From positions 183 to 64,182 of the forward strand of contig JANWIO010000052.1 in NCBI GenBank assembly GCA_025449835.1: a stretch of 64,000 bases of DNA, given 5' to 3'. Shown in pieces: positions 19,151 to 29,765 of this stretch (within the stretch, counting starts at the first letter, position 1; each line of letters starts with the position of its first letter). The notes below the pieces were generated by a model that made no database searches, had not been told where the DNA came from, and was given only the letters and a program-made list of their open reading frames with translations. The DNA is from Vampirovibrionales bacterium (GTDB lineage: Bacteria; Cyanobacteriota; Vampirovibrionia; Vampirovibrionales; JAGQHJ01). Both the position numbers and the translations under genes were made by a program.

Positions 19151-19996
19151 TTAACTGGTTTTAGAAAGGCTGTAGGCCAGAGCCCTTCGTAACACAATCA
19201 GTTCATCCTCACTAGCCAATGTCGCCGGAAACGTGAGGCTTGTATAGGTTTTATCTAGATACTGAGAAATAAATGTGTCTATTTTTTCTGTTTGGCAAGG
19301 CGCCTGAGATAATGGGTTTATCAAACACATCCGTAAAAGCCCCACCAAATCTTTTCGAGAGGGCACATTACATAAAGGGGTCTCAATTGTCTCAATCTCG
19401 ATAGGGAAAAGGTTTTCCGAAATCACCTCATAAAACTGTTTTGAATGGCACGCTTGATGAATTTCCTGGTTTACCAAGGCTTCATCCAAACGTCCTTCAG
19501 CAAATTGATAACTGATCCCAATCCGAGCCATTAAAGCTGAAGACTTATTCAGCACAATCACCAGTGACCCCTCAGGCTTTAATAGTGACACCGCAAGCTT
19601 AATTTTATTTTGAATATCTTCCAGACCCTTAAAATGGTAAAGCATATGGGACATCGTAATGAGGTGAAATCCCTCTGGAAAATCCTGCTGAATTTTTTTA
19701 CAGGCAAATGGCTCCCACCGATAAGGGTAAACCCTCTCAAATTGTTGTTTTAAAGCAGCAACACAGCGTGGGTTTGGTTCCAACACCACCAAGTTGTCCG
19801 TGTAATCCCGCATTAATGAGGGCAAATGCCCCTGTCCTGCCCCAATATCTAAAACCGAAAACCCTGGCCGTTTGGTTTCAGGTAAAAGCCCTTTGAGATG
19901 TAGCTTTGAAACGGTTTCATTATTTTGCAAGGAGTATTGATGAAAAAGCCCCAATGCTTCCTCAAAAACGTCTGTGTCTAAAGCCATCTTATCCAT
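19151..19996 (-). CDS. class I SAM-dependent methyltransferase
   Basis: VLDIGAGQG motif I, VLEPN motif II, SHMLYH. Confidence 0.85.
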   Translation of the reverse strand: MDKMALDTDVFEEALGLFHQYSLQNNETVSKLHLKGLLPETKRPGFSVLDIGAGQGHLPSLMRDYTDNLVVLEPNPRCVAALKQQFERVYPYRWEPFACKKIQQDFPEGFHLITMSHMLYHFKGLEDIQNKIKLAVSLLKPEGSLVIVLNKSSALMARIGISYQFAEGRLDEALVNQEIHQACHSKQFYEVISENLFPIEIETIETPLCNVPSRKDLVGLLRMCLINPLSQAPCQTEKIDTFISQYLDKTYTSLTFPATLASEDELIVLRRALAYSLSKTS

Positions 19997-20198
19997 TCCT
20001 AACTGACGAAACCTGATCCATCTTGACCCATCTCACCCAAAAATAACTTCACTTAAATGGCCTAATTTATCTTTACTAAGAAAGTCAAAAAAATCTCAAT
20101 TTGATCTCAGCTCCGCAAAAGGCCTCTTACAGGCAAATGACTTTGGTCATAAACTTGGCTTTAGGATTTTTCAACAAAGATGATGCAGAATCATAGAC

Positions 20199-20228
20199 TT
20201 GTACATGGATTTTTTTCTGCATTATAAT
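20199..20228 (+). promoter_or_regulatory. sigma70-type promoter for tRNA-Gly/tig
   Basis: TTGTAC-N18-TATAAT, 13 nt upstream of the tRNA. Confidence 0.55.
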
Positions 20229-20241
20229 AGGAAACCTACAC

Positions 20242-20313
20242 GCGGGAGTAATTCAGTGGTAGAATGCTTCCTTGCCAAGGAAGATGTCGCGAGTTCGAGC
20301 CTCGTCTCCCGCT
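20242..20313 (+). tRNA. tRNA-Gly (GCC)
   Basis: GCGGGAG acceptor, CTTCC-TTGCCAA-GGAAG anticodon arm, TTCGAG T-loop. Confidence 0.95.
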
Positions 20314-20381
20314 TTTGATTAAATTTTGTATTCCTGGTATACAATAGTTTGCGTCTTGTTTGAAATAGAGTACTCCGTTTA

Positions 20382-21773
20382 ATGAAAGTTGATGTCGAAA
20401 AAGCAGATCAGCACACAGCCCAAATCGTTCTTGAAATTGATGCCGAACATGCCGGTATGGAATACAACAAAGCCTGTAAGCGTTTAGGGCAACGTCTTAA
20501 TATTCCAGGTTTTCGTAGAGGAAAAGCACCCAAACAAGTGGTTGAAAAAGCCATTGGTGTAGAACGCATTAAGCAAGAGGTTTTGGACCGGATTTTACCC
20601 CATGCCTTTGCTGACGCCATTAGTGAACACCAGCTTGAAGTGGTTGCCCCCCCGCAAGTTGAAAAATACACGTTTGAGATGGGGCAATCTTTAACGGTGC
20701 AAGCCACTGTTGAACTGCGTCCTGTTGTTGAGTTAGCTGATCTAAGCCATATTAAGGCCGATGTTGCGCTATATGAAATTCCGGCTGATGCCTTAGACAA
20801 CGAACTTTTACAGATTCGGGAAAGAATGACCACCCTGGAAACCATCATTGATCGACCTGCTGAATTGACGGATATTGTCAATATCGACTTTACCGGGGCC
20901 GTTAATGGAGAACTCATTCGTGGCGGCGCTGCCAAAAATTATCAATTGGACATCAGCAACAATAATTTTATCGAAGGGTTTGCAGAACAAATTCCAGGCC
21001 ATAAAATTGGCGAAGAGTTTACCCTCCACGTCCAATTTCCATCGGAATATCATGATCAGACGCTCGCTGGAAAACCTGCTGATTTTACCGTGAAAATCAA
21101 CGAAATTAAGCACAAGGTTGTTCCTGAGCTGGATGATGACTTGGCCAGAAAATGTGGCCCCTACGAAAGCGTTGAAAAGCTGAAAGAAGAAGTTCAGAAA
21201 TTCCTGGAAAAATCAGCCGAAACAGAAAACACATTCCGAAAACAAAAAGCCCTGATTGACAGAGTGGTTGATGACTCCAAAATGGATGTTCCTGACGCCA
21301 TGATCAATCGGGAAGCTCGGATTTTACTAGAAGAAATTCAACAAGGGTTTAAAAGCCAAGGCATGAATTGGGAACAATTTGTAGATTCCCAAGGCCACGA
21401 GAAAATCTGGCAAAATCTTAGACAGGAAGCTTTGAGAAGAATCCAAACCAGTTTAACCTTTGGAGCCATTGCCAAACAGGAAGGTGTCGCTGTTACAGAA
21501 GCGGAATTTCAACAAGAAGTTGTCAATTTGGCAAAAGAGCGTAACATGGACGAAAAACAAGCCATGAAGCAATTGGCTAATACGCCTGAATCGGCCCAAG
21601 CCGTTGCAGATGATATTTTGAGCCGTAAAATTGTCGACTTCCTTTTAAGTCGGGCTGAATTCAACGTTGTTCAAGAATCACCCGAACAAAGCGAAAACAA
21701 ATCTTTACATGAGGCCGTGGCCGTTGCAAGCTCCTTAGAGAAAGAAGAATATGAGGTTCTGGCAGAAGATTAA
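20382..21773 (+). CDS. tig: trigger factor
   Basis: IPGFRRGKAP ribosome-binding motif, FKBP domain (IDFTG...FIEGF), position before clpP. Confidence 0.96.
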   Translation: MKVDVEKADQHTAQIVLEIDAEHAGMEYNKACKRLGQRLNIPGFRRGKAPKQVVEKAIGVERIKQEVLDRILPHAFADAISEHQLEVVAPPQVEKYTFEMGQSLTVQATVELRPVVELADLSHIKADVALYEIPADALDNELLQIRERMTTLETIIDRPAELTDIVNIDFTGAVNGELIRGGAAKNYQLDISNNNFIEGFAEQIPGHKIGEEFTLHVQFPSEYHDQTLAGKPADFTVKINEIKHKVVPELDDDLARKCGPYESVEKLKEEVQKFLEKSAETENTFRKQKALIDRVVDDSKMDVPDAMINREARILLEEIQQGFKSQGMNWEQFVDSQGHEKIWQNLRQEALRRIQTSLTFGAIAKQEGVAVTEAEFQQEVVNLAKERNMDEKQAMKQLANTPESAQAVADDILSRKIVDFLLSRAEFNVVQESPEQSENKSLHEAVAVASSLEKEEYEVLAED

Positions 21774-21821
21774 TTCGAATTAACACCACGTTTTATTCAG
21801 CGATAGAAGAGGTTTTTTAAG

Positions 21822-22475
21822 ATGAGTCAGATTATTAGCACGAGTCAGAGTCAGTCTAACCCAATTATTAATCCGTACGCCTTTGTTCCAGTGGTTGTTG
21901 AGCAATCAAGCCGGGGCGAACGTTCTTTTGATATCTTTTCTCGTCTGTTACGGGAACGAATTGTTTTCTTAGGAACACCGGTAGATGACATGGTGGCAAA
22001 CACTATTGTGGCTCAGCTCTTATTACTCGACTCTGAAAACCCCGAAAAAGACATTATGCTGTACATTAACAGCCCTGGTGGGAGCGTTACAGCTGGATTT
22101 GCCATCTATGACACCATTCAACATATCCGAGCCGATGTGGCAACCATTTGTTTAGGCCAAGCCGCCAGCATGGGTGCATTTTTGTTGGCCTGTGGAACCG
22201 CTGGAAAGAGAATGGCTTTACCCCACTCAAGAGTCCTGATACACCAGCCTCTTGGTGGTGCACAAGGGCAGGCAACCGATATTGAGATCCAGGCTGCTGA
22301 AATTAACCGGATGAAAAAGTTGATTAATGAGCTATTGTCGCATCATACAGGTCAGTCACTCAAAAAGATTGAGAAAGACACGGATCGCGACTATATCATG
22401 TCTGCAGAAGAGTCTGTAGCTTACGGAATGGTGGATAAAGTAATTACAAGAGTTGAAGAGGCACAAGAAGCCTAG
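21822..22475 (+). CDS. clpP: ATP-dependent Clp protease proteolytic subunit
   Basis: YINSPGG, QAASMG (catalytic Ser), IHQP, DRD. Confidence 0.97.
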   Translation: MSQIISTSQSQSNPIINPYAFVPVVVEQSSRGERSFDIFSRLLRERIVFLGTPVDDMVANTIVAQLLLLDSENPEKDIMLYINSPGGSVTAGFAIYDTIQHIRADVATICLGQAASMGAFLLACGTAGKRMALPHSRVLIHQPLGGAQGQATDIEIQAAEINRMKKLINELLSHHTGQSLKKIEKDTDRDYIMSAEESVAYGMVDKVITRVEEAQEA

Positions 22476-22596
22476 TATCATGTGATCAGGATCTAAAAGA
22501 TCAAAATCGGTTATTCAAGATCTTACGGAAACGGATCGAAGGTATATTGAAGGGCATCAACTTTATATTAATCCCTCAATTGTGGAGGACAGCACC

Positions 22597-23895
22597 ATGG
22601 CAAAACATGACGATAGCAGGCTAAAATGCTCCTTCTGCGGCAAAAGTCAGGATCAAGTTAAGAAACTGATTGCAGGCCCAGAGGTTTATATCTGTGATGA
22701 ATGCGTTGACCTCTGCAATGAGATTTTAGATGAAGAGTTTTTTGAAGCTGAAGAGGGAGAAAAAACAGCCTCTCCGGTTGAGATGACGAAGGTTCCCAAA
22801 CCAGCAGAGATTAAATCTTTCTTGGATGAGCACATTGTGGGACAGGATGATGCCAAAAAAGTGCTTTCCGTCGCTGTTTATAACCACTATAAACGCATTA
22901 GCCATAATACCAGTAACGAAACCAATAAAAACGGTGTTGAAATTCAAAAAAGCAATATTTTACTCGTTGGCCCGTCGGGTTGCGGTAAAACGCTGTTGGC
23001 TCAGACATTGGCCAAACTCCTTGAAGTTCCTTTTGCTGTGGCCGATGCAACCACCTTAACAGAAGCGGGTTATGTGGGAGATGATGTTGAAAATATCCTG
23101 TTACGCTTATACCAAGCGGCGGATTATGACGCTGCTAAGGCGGAACAAGGGATTATCTACATCGATGAAATTGATAAGATTGCCCGTAAATCCGAGAATC
23201 CTAGCATTACCCGAGATGTCAGTGGTGAAGGGGTTCAACAGGCCCTGTTAAAAATGATTGAGGGCACTATTGCCAACGTTCCTCCTCAAGGTGGTCGCAA
23301 GCACCCCCATCAAGAATTTATTCAAATTAACACTGGCAATATCCTTTTTATCTGTGGTGGAGCCTTTGTTGGACTCGAAAAAATTGTGGAAAGCCGCGTT
23401 GCTTCCGGAAAATCGGTTGGCTTTGGCGCATCTTCTCCAAAGCATTTATATGAACGAGAATTGGCAGCAGCCAGGACTTTAAAACAGCTTCAACCTGAAG
23501 ATCTTTTAAAATTCGGCTTGATTCCGGAGTTTATTGGCCGAATTCCCGTTACAGCCGTTCTAGATCCGTTGGATGAAGAAGCCCTGATGCAGATTTTGAG
23601 CGCACCGAAAAACGCTGTCTTTAAGCAATATCAAGAGTTGCTCTCAATGGATGGTGTTGAGCTGGAATTTGAACAAGAAGCCGCACAAGCCATTGCAAAA
23701 GAAGCACTTAAGCGCAGAACGGGTGCTCGTGCATTGAAATCAATTGTTGAAGAGCTGATGCTGGAATTGATGTACGAAGTCCCCTCCAGAACAGACATTA
23801 AAAAAGTTGTGATCACCCAAGATATGGTGGAAAAGCGCTCTGTTGCTGAAATTATCCGTCTGCCCGAAAAACAGCCCAAAAGCGAAATCGCTTAA
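22597..23895 (+). CDS. clpX: ATP-dependent Clp protease ATP-binding subunit
   Basis: CSFC/CDEC zinc finger, [17 protein letters not shown]; start re-called at the ATG after GGAGG. Confidence 0.97.
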   Translation: MAKHDDSRLKCSFCGKSQDQVKKLIAGPEVYICDECVDLCNEILDEEFFEAEEGEKTASPVEMTKVPKPAEIKSFLDEHIVGQDDAKKVLSVAVYNHYKRISHNTSNETNKNGVEIQKSNILLVGPSGCGKTLLAQTLAKLLEVPFAVADATTLTEAGYVGDDVENILLRLYQAADYDAAKAEQGIIYIDEIDKIARKSENPSITRDVSGEGVQQALLKMIEGTIANVPPQGGRKHPHQEFIQINTGNILFICGGAFVGLEKIVESRVASGKSVGFGASSPKHLYERELAAARTLKQLQPEDLLKFGLIPEFIGRIPVTAVLDPLDEEALMQILSAPKNAVFKQYQELLSMDGVELEFEQEAAQAIAKEALKRRTGARALKSIVEELMLELMYEVPSRTDIKKVVITQDMVEKRSVAEIIRLPEKQPKSEIA

Positions 23896-23907
23896 AACTT
23901 CTTTTTT

Positions 23908-24573
23908 CTAGTGATTGCTGCCTGAAACAGGATGGGTGGCAAGCCATTTCAGCACATGCTGAAGTACTTCTTCAGATGTCAAGCTTCCTGCTGTGGGTGT
24001 GGTGGTTTGTAAATGGCTCAAGCCTTGATAAATTTCCTGAATATCATACCCCAATGAGAGTAAAACGGTTTCCGCTTCTTGAAAAGCAGGCGCTTCTATT
24101 AAAGTCGGTTGCGTATCACCTACCAACGGCACATGACTGATTCGCTCTGAACGCCATTTGGTCAATTTATCTTTCAGTTCAATAGTGATTTTTTGAGCCA
24201 GTTTCGGGCCAACCCCTTTGGCAGTAGTTAACCGTTTATGATCGGCACTCATAATGGCAGAAGCCAATTCCGAAACGCTGAGTTGAGACATTAAGGCCAA
24301 GGCCACCTTAAACCCGACACCAGAGGCCGTTCCAAGGATATCAAACAGCTCTCGTTCTTCTCGGGTTAAAAATCCCACCAATTGCATGGCATCTTCACGC
24401 ACAATCAGGGAAGTATACACCATAATAGGGTCTTGCACGGGTGGAGACTGAAGAAAAGAAAGTACACTGGTATACACTTGATAGCCAATCCCTTGAACAT
24501 CAACAACCCAATATGCTCCGCCCGAGGGAATTTCCCCTTTATGCGTAAGTGTGCCTTTAAGATGCGTAATCAT
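23908..24573 (-). CDS. ruvA: Holliday junction branch migration protein RuvA
   Basis: VDVQGIGY, VREDAMQLVGF, SGVG and KGVGPKLAQKITIELKDK HhH motifs. Confidence 0.95.
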   Translation of the reverse strand: MITHLKGTLTHKGEIPSGGAYWVVDVQGIGYQVYTSVLSFLQSPPVQDPIMVYTSLIVREDAMQLVGFLTREERELFDILGTASGVGFKVALALMSQLSVSELASAIMSADHKRLTTAKGVGPKLAQKITIELKDKLTKWRSERISHVPLVGDTQPTLIEAPAFQEAETVLLSLGYDIQEIYQGLSHLQTTTPTAGSLTSEEVLQHVLKWLATHPVSGSNH

Positions 24574-24719
24574 ATTGGTATTGTACAGAACAGCCCCTCA
24601 AAAAGCCAGCCCAACCAGGGCTCGGTTGCCCTCAGATTCAATTCCCATTCTCCGGGATTTGCCTTGTCAAAGGCCATCTCTTTCGGCTACAATAGGAGCT
24701 CAGACTTCCAGATTGAGAT

Positions 24720-24795
24720 GGGCGGTTGGCGCAGTTGGTAGCGCACTTGATCGACATTCAAGTGGTCACTGGTTCGAGTCCAGTACCGCCCACCA
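24720..24795 (+). tRNA. tRNA-Val (GAC) with encoded CCA; C at position 33
   Basis: GGGCGGT/ACCGCCC acceptor, CTTGA-TCGACAT-TCAAG anticodon arm, ACTGG-TTCGAGT-CCAGT T-arm. Confidence 0.9.
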
Positions 24796-24891
24796 CTTTT
24801 CTTTCTAAAAGGCAGAACTTGAACCAAAATGCAAATTAGACATCACACTTTTTGGGTGTCTATTTTAACATCTATCGTCAGTTCGTAAGGA

Positions 24892-25443
24892 TTACTTTTT
24901 GCGGGTCACACAACCCAATTTAATCATCTGAAGGAATAAATCATCAGCCTCTTTAATTTCACTTGGCAGTAGCCAAACACTATTAGATTTGAATATTTTG
25001 AAGCCCGAATCTTTAAGAGAATGAAGCCGAAAAACATGGGTATTAACAGCCTGTAGCAGCATATTTTTCGCTTCTCGCAGAAAAACCATCGGCGTTTTCT
25101 TTTTGCCCTCTGTCCCTTCAACTAACTCCCTCTTTAATAAATGTTGCCATTTAAAAGCGTGTGGGCTCTGATCAATCTGCTCAGGGTGTTCAATAATTTC
25201 TTTTATCGTTTTGCGTAATACATCCTCACTGGGAGCATTACCACTGCGAAGCGCCGTTGTTAATTGTCCAACCTTTTGATGCACTCCAAAAGGATGATGA
25301 TTTAGCAAGACAAAGCTATCTTTCCACCCTTCTTTACGTAAATCTTCATCATTTAGTTCAAATAAAACTTCCTCAGGACGATTTCCACGAACCGTAATTT
25401 CTAACTGCCCAAACCGAGGCATTTTGGTAGGTTTCACAATCAT
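24892..25443 (-). CDS. hypothetical protein (start re-called at MIVKPTKMPRFG)
   Basis: Long ORF with ATG at 25443; no recognisable domain. Confidence 0.55.
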   Translation of the reverse strand: MIVKPTKMPRFGQLEITVRGNRPEEVLFELNDEDLRKEGWKDSFVLLNHHPFGVHQKVGQLTTALRSGNAPSEDVLRKTIKEIIEHPEQIDQSPHAFKWQHLLKRELVEGTEGKKKTPMVFLREAKNMLLQAVNTHVFRLHSLKDSGFKIFKSNSVWLLPSEIKEADDLFLQMIKLGCVTRKK

Positions 25444-25691
25444 CTTAACGTATAACCTTCTTGCTTCTTTGCTTCGGCATGATAATACCAATATAGCCAG
25501 AAATACACTTATTGCACCCCACCCCAACAGAAATTATTTAAAAATCTTTGGGTCAGGTTGAACCACGGATTCATTAAAATTTGTAAAATAAAAGAACCCC
25601 CTTTGAAACTTTTTGAGAGGGGACAAAGTAACATCTGCAAAGGCAGGCTCTCCGGGTTTAACAGAAACCAACTTGGAAAGGACCATCCTCG

Positions 25692-26039
25692 ATGAAAAAC
25701 CAACTCTCTGGGTTGATGGCTTTATGCTTTATTGGGCTATTAAGCATGGGCTTATCCTCCAATGCCATTGCCACCTCAAAAACAGTTCAGCAGAGACACC
25801 TCAACCCTAATGAAGTTATAAAGCCAAAGTCAAACCTCTACCAAGAAGCCCAAAAAGACAATACAAAGCTGGATGGCGACTATAAAATGCTCATGAATGA
25901 AGATAAAGCCCTACCCAAAGAAGAACAAACGTTTGCCAAAGCCAACATCAACCAAATTAGCCCAGCCGAACAACAAAAAATTGATCAGGATGAAACAACC
26001 CTAAAAAAACAAATTGATCAGGATGATCACCGTCAATAA
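25692..26039 (+). CDS. hypothetical secreted protein
   Basis: AAAGGA RBS, signal peptide ending AIA, followed by a terminator. Confidence 0.7.
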   Translation: MKNQLSGLMALCFIGLLSMGLSSNAIATSKTVQQRHLNPNEVIKPKSNLYQEAQKDNTKLDGDYKMLMNEDKALPKEEQTFAKANINQISPAEQQKIDQDETTLKKQIDQDDHRQ

Positions 26040-26068
26040 GTTCTCTTCATTCATGTGATGATTCATGT

Positions 26069-26104
26069 CCCACCGCTAAAGCACTTGGCGGTGGGTTCTT
26101 TTTT
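26069..26104 (+). terminator. intrinsic terminator
   Basis: cccaccgctaa-agcac-ttggcggtggg followed by ttctttttt. Confidence 0.85.
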
Positions 26105-26254
26105 GTTCCGCTAATTGGTATCCCCCATGGAGTACCAAAATCATGAAAATTGTCATATTTCTTTATAAATTAGCAATGAAATCCCTTGAGACGCGTTTTA
26201 CACATTACAACACATCACAAATCACAGAGATACAGTAATAGAGGAGAAATACCT

Positions 26255-26461
26255 ATGAAAGTTCATGCGCCCGTAACCATTGCAAGAAAATTGCACTCTC
26301 TTAAAGTAGCAGCCAGAAGACAAGGCCCAAGATCTGCCGCTGCCACTGGGTTACAGAATTATCAGGCAAAATTACAACAAGCCGGTCTGCGTCTCAGTAC
26401 GATTGCTTATGTCTTAAACATCTCAAACTGTTTTTGTCAAAGGTTCACATCATCTCGGTAA
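26255..26461 (+). CDS. small basic hypothetical protein (68 aa)
   Basis: Strong GAGGAG RBS before ATG at 26255. Confidence 0.55.
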   Translation: MKVHAPVTIARKLHSLKVAARRQGPRSAAATGLQNYQAKLQQAGLRLSTIAYVLNISNCFCQRFTSSR

Positions 26462-26516
26462 TGTTGTGAACCTTTTGTGTGTGTCACAATACGCTTGTAA
26501 AATTACAGTTTGACAG

Positions 26517-27518
26517 ATGGACGCTCTATCTCCCATGCTTCTTGTCACTGGCGGTGCTGGCTACATTGGCAGCCATTTTATTAAAACCTACCTTACCCAA
26601 AACCCAGATGCCCAAGTGGTGGTTGTCGACAACTTGTCTGAAGGCCACCCCCAAGCCTTGGATTTTTCAGACCGGATTCTTTTTTTCCAGGAAAACATTG
26701 GGAATATCCATGAGATGGGTGAAATTTTCAAGCGCCACCCCATTGATGCCATAGTTCACTTTGCCGCCAGTTGCTGCGTTGGCGAATCACAAACCCAGCC
26801 CACCCGTTATTTTCAAAACAATGTGGTCAATACCCTCAACTTGCTAAAAGCCATGGATGAAGCCAACATCCGCAAGTTTCTATTCTCCTCCACGTGCGCC
26901 ACCTACGGCACGCCCCAACGACTACCCCTGGATGAATCCCATCCTCAAAACCCCATTAATGTGTACGGCCAAACCAAACTGATGATAGAGCAAGCTTTAC
27001 AAACATACAGCGCCACCTTGGGATGGTCTTATACTGCGCTGCGATATTTTAACGCAGCAGGGGGCGATAACAGTGGACTCATTGGCGAGGGACATAGCCC
27101 CGAAACCCACTTGATCCCGTTGGTGCTTAAAGCAGCTTTAGGTAAACGAGATGCCATTGAAATTTATGGGAACGATTATGACACCCCAGATGGCACCTGC
27201 ATCAGAGATTACGTCCATGTCAACGACCTGGCCATGGCACATTGCAAAGCCCTTGAACGCCTGAACACCCAACAAGGGGGCGATGCCTTTAATTTAGGAA
27301 CCACCCATGGCGCCTCTGTACAAGAGGTAATCACCCTTTGCCAAAAAGTGACGGGACGAGACATCCCTATTAACCATGCACCTCGTCGCCCAGGAGACCC
27401 ACCGGTATTGGTTGCCAATGCCGATAAAGCCTTCTCGTTACTAAACTGGGCTCCCCAATACACCCTGGAAAAAATTATTGAGACCGCTTGGGCTTGGGAA
27501 CAAACTCCCCGATATTAA
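26517..27518 (+). CDS. galE: UDP-glucose 4-epimerase
   Basis: TGGAGYIGSH, YGQTK, LRYFNAAG, DGTCIRDYVHV. Confidence 0.95.
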   Translation: MDALSPMLLVTGGAGYIGSHFIKTYLTQNPDAQVVVVDNLSEGHPQALDFSDRILFFQENIGNIHEMGEIFKRHPIDAIVHFAASCCVGESQTQPTRYFQNNVVNTLNLLKAMDEANIRKFLFSSTCATYGTPQRLPLDESHPQNPINVYGQTKLMIEQALQTYSATLGWSYTALRYFNAAGGDNSGLIGEGHSPETHLIPLVLKAALGKRDAIEIYGNDYDTPDGTCIRDYVHVNDLAMAHCKALERLNTQQGGDAFNLGTTHGASVQEVITLCQKVTGRDIPINHAPRRPGDPPVLVANADKAFSLLNWAPQYTLEKIIETAWAWEQTPRY

Positions 27519-28189
27519 ACCGCCCCAAAAGCAGATTCTTGGTCTGAAGGGATGAGGGAGCGGCCAAAGACCTCCGAAGTTTCCTGAATCACACAGTTTT
27601 GGACGATGGGCATTGCATAAACATCCGGTGAGGCCTCCTGTAAGAGTGCTGCAAAAGATGTCATCACAGCACTTGGCAACCCACAGGGGTTTATCAATCC
27701 AAAATAACTTAAATTTGTTGACACATTCAGGGCAAAACCATGGTAGGTTACCCATTTTCGAACCGCCACCCCAATGGAGGCAATTTTGTGATCGCCCACC
27801 CACACACCAGTCCAACCTGGATTACGTCGCCCCTCAATGTCAAAATGCTTTAAAACCCGAATAAGCACTTCTTCTAGGTTCCGCAAATAGCGATGTAAAT
27901 CACGTTCCCCTTCTTGTAGTTGAAAAATGGGGTATCCTACCAACTGTCCAGGACCATGATAGGTTACATCTCCCCCACGTTCAATTTCAACAACCGGCAC
28001 ATCAGTGTTTTTGCAGATATTTTCAAGATGACTCCCGCGTCCCAAGGTAATCACGTGAGAATGTTCCCCCAATAGCAAGGTGTCATGGATTTCCTGACGG
28101 ATTCGCTGTTCCACCAACTGCTTTTGATGCTGATAAACCGCTTCATAGGGCTCTTTCTCAAAAAGTCTCCATTGAAACGGTCCTGCCAT
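27515..28189 (-). CDS. lipB: lipoyl(octanoyl) transferase
   Basis: RGGDVTYHGPGQLVGYP, KIASIG, HGFALN, INPCG. Confidence 0.95.
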   Translation of the reverse strand: MAGPFQWRLFEKEPYEAVYQHQKQLVEQRIRQEIHDTLLLGEHSHVITLGRGSHLENICKNTDVPVVEIERGGDVTYHGPGQLVGYPIFQLQEGERDLHRYLRNLEEVLIRVLKHFDIEGRRNPGWTGVWVGDHKIASIGVAVRKWVTYHGFALNVSTNLSYFGLINPCGLPSAVMTSFAALLQEASPDVYAMPIVQNCVIQETSEVFGRSLIPSDQESAFGAV

Positions 28190-28203
28190 AAAATAACGCT
28201 TTC

Positions 28204-29652
28204 CTATACTTTGGCAGGAGCAGGTTTTGAAGCAGTGGTTGTACTGTTGGGCTGGTAAATATGAATGGCTCGATGGTGCACCGCTTCTGCGGCCTCCATA
28301 AACGATTCAGGCAGCGTGGGATGGGTGTGAACCGTTAAGGCAATATCTTCCGAAGTAGCCCCCATTTCGATCCCCAACGCCGCTTCTGCAATTAATTCCG
28401 ACACATCCGGACCAATCATATGAACTCCCAAGAGCAAATCGGTCTTGGCATCGGCAATCACTTTCACAAAACCGTCTGTTTCATCCATCGATAGCGCCCG
28501 GCCCGATGCCGCAAAAGGAAATTTGCCAATAGATATTTCATAGCCCTTGGCCTTCGCTTCTTCTTCGGTAAAACCGACTGTGGCAATTTCAGGATCCGTG
28601 AAGATCGCAGCTGGCATCGCTCGATAATCCAGCATTTCAGATTTCCCAATAATAACCTCGGCTGCAACAAGACCTTCTTTAGAGGCTTTATGAGCCAAAA
28701 GCGGTGCCCCAACCACATCTCCAATGGCAAAAATATGGGGAATCGAAGTTCGTAACTGCTCATTCACTTGAATAAACCCTTTGGCATCGGTTTTTACCCC
28801 AATGGTGTCAAGCCCCAGGCCTTTACTATTGGGGTGCCGTCCCACAGCCACTAGCACTTTATCCGCATCAAGTTTTTTCTCACCATCCGGGGTTTCAAGC
28901 AACAACTGAGCCTTTCCACCCTGTGATGTTACCGATTTGGCCTTGCTTTCCAGATAAATATCGAGTTTCCGTTTTTTCAAAGAACGGCGCAGCGTATCTG
29001 CAATTTCTTTATCCACCCCAGGCAAAAGCTGTGGCAAGAGTTCAACCACGGAGACCTTGGCACCCAACTTAGCATACATCACCCCTAACTCTAAGCCAAT
29101 AACGCCACCACCAATCAAAACCAAGTGTTCAGGCACTTGCTGTAAGTCCAAGGCATCGGTGGAATCAATGATAATTTGATGGTCATACGTCATTCCGGGG
29201 AGTTCAACAGGGGTTGAACCAGTGGCAATTAAAAAGTTTTTTGCTTTCAGAGATTGTTTTTGCCCATTGGCATCAACCACCTCTAAGGTGTTTCGGTCTA
29301 AAAAGCGTGCGGTACCATAAACCGTTTCAATTTGGTGGCTTTTAAAGAGCTGCCCAATACCTCCCGTCAGTTTTTTCACAATCTCATTTTTCCAAGTCAC
29401 CAATTTGGGCATCTCCACCCGAACATTCTCGGCCACAATCCCCATTTTGGAAGCATTTTTCATCTTCTCAAACAAAGAGGCCCCATAAATCATGGCTTTT
29501 GAAGGAATACACCCCCAATTGAGACAAACGCCACCCAGTATTTGCTTCTCAACCACCGTTACCTTTTGCCCAAGCTGTGCCAAGCGAATGGCAGCCACGT
29601 AACCGCCAGGACCTGCACCAATAACAATCACATCTCTTGTTTGTTCAGGCAT
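28204..29652 (-). CDS. lpdA: dihydrolipoyl dehydrogenase (E3)
   Basis: GAGPGGY, GGVCLNWGCIP, GGGVIG, HPTLPE; start re-called at MPEQ. Confidence 0.96.
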   Translation of the reverse strand: MPEQTRDVIVIGAGPGGYVAAIRLAQLGQKVTVVEKQILGGVCLNWGCIPSKAMIYGASLFEKMKNASKMGIVAENVRVEMPKLVTWKNEIVKKLTGGIGQLFKSHQIETVYGTARFLDRNTLEVVDANGQKQSLKAKNFLIATGSTPVELPGMTYDHQIIIDSTDALDLQQVPEHLVLIGGGVIGLELGVMYAKLGAKVSVVELLPQLLPGVDKEIADTLRRSLKKRKLDIYLESKAKSVTSQGGKAQLLLETPDGEKKLDADKVLVAVGRHPNSKGLGLDTIGVKTDAKGFIQVNEQLRTSIPHIFAIGDVVGAPLLAHKASKEGLVAAEVIIGKSEMLDYRAMPAAIFTDPEIATVGFTEEEAKAKGYEISIGKFPFAASGRALSMDETDGFVKVIADAKTDLLLGVHMIGPDVSELIAEAALGIEMGATSEDIALTVHTHPTLPESFMEAAEAVHHRAIHIYQPNSTTTASKPAPAKV

Positions 29653-29765
29653 TGCACCAATTCCTTCCTTTAAAACAAGCAATCAACGGGAAATCATCCT
29701 TATCTCCATCTGAGACATGTTCTATCTTATGACCAAAACAGCAGAACCGCTATTGGGAGCCTGCA

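Noticed and set aside
21822..23895. Functional link between clpPX proximity and the integrase tail switch
   Set aside because: tig-clpP-clpX is a conserved core operon outside the att boundaries; proximity is not evidence.
24796..26461. Second island at tRNA-Val
   Set aside because: ORFans follow the tRNA, but no integrase or duplicated tRNA 3' end was found.
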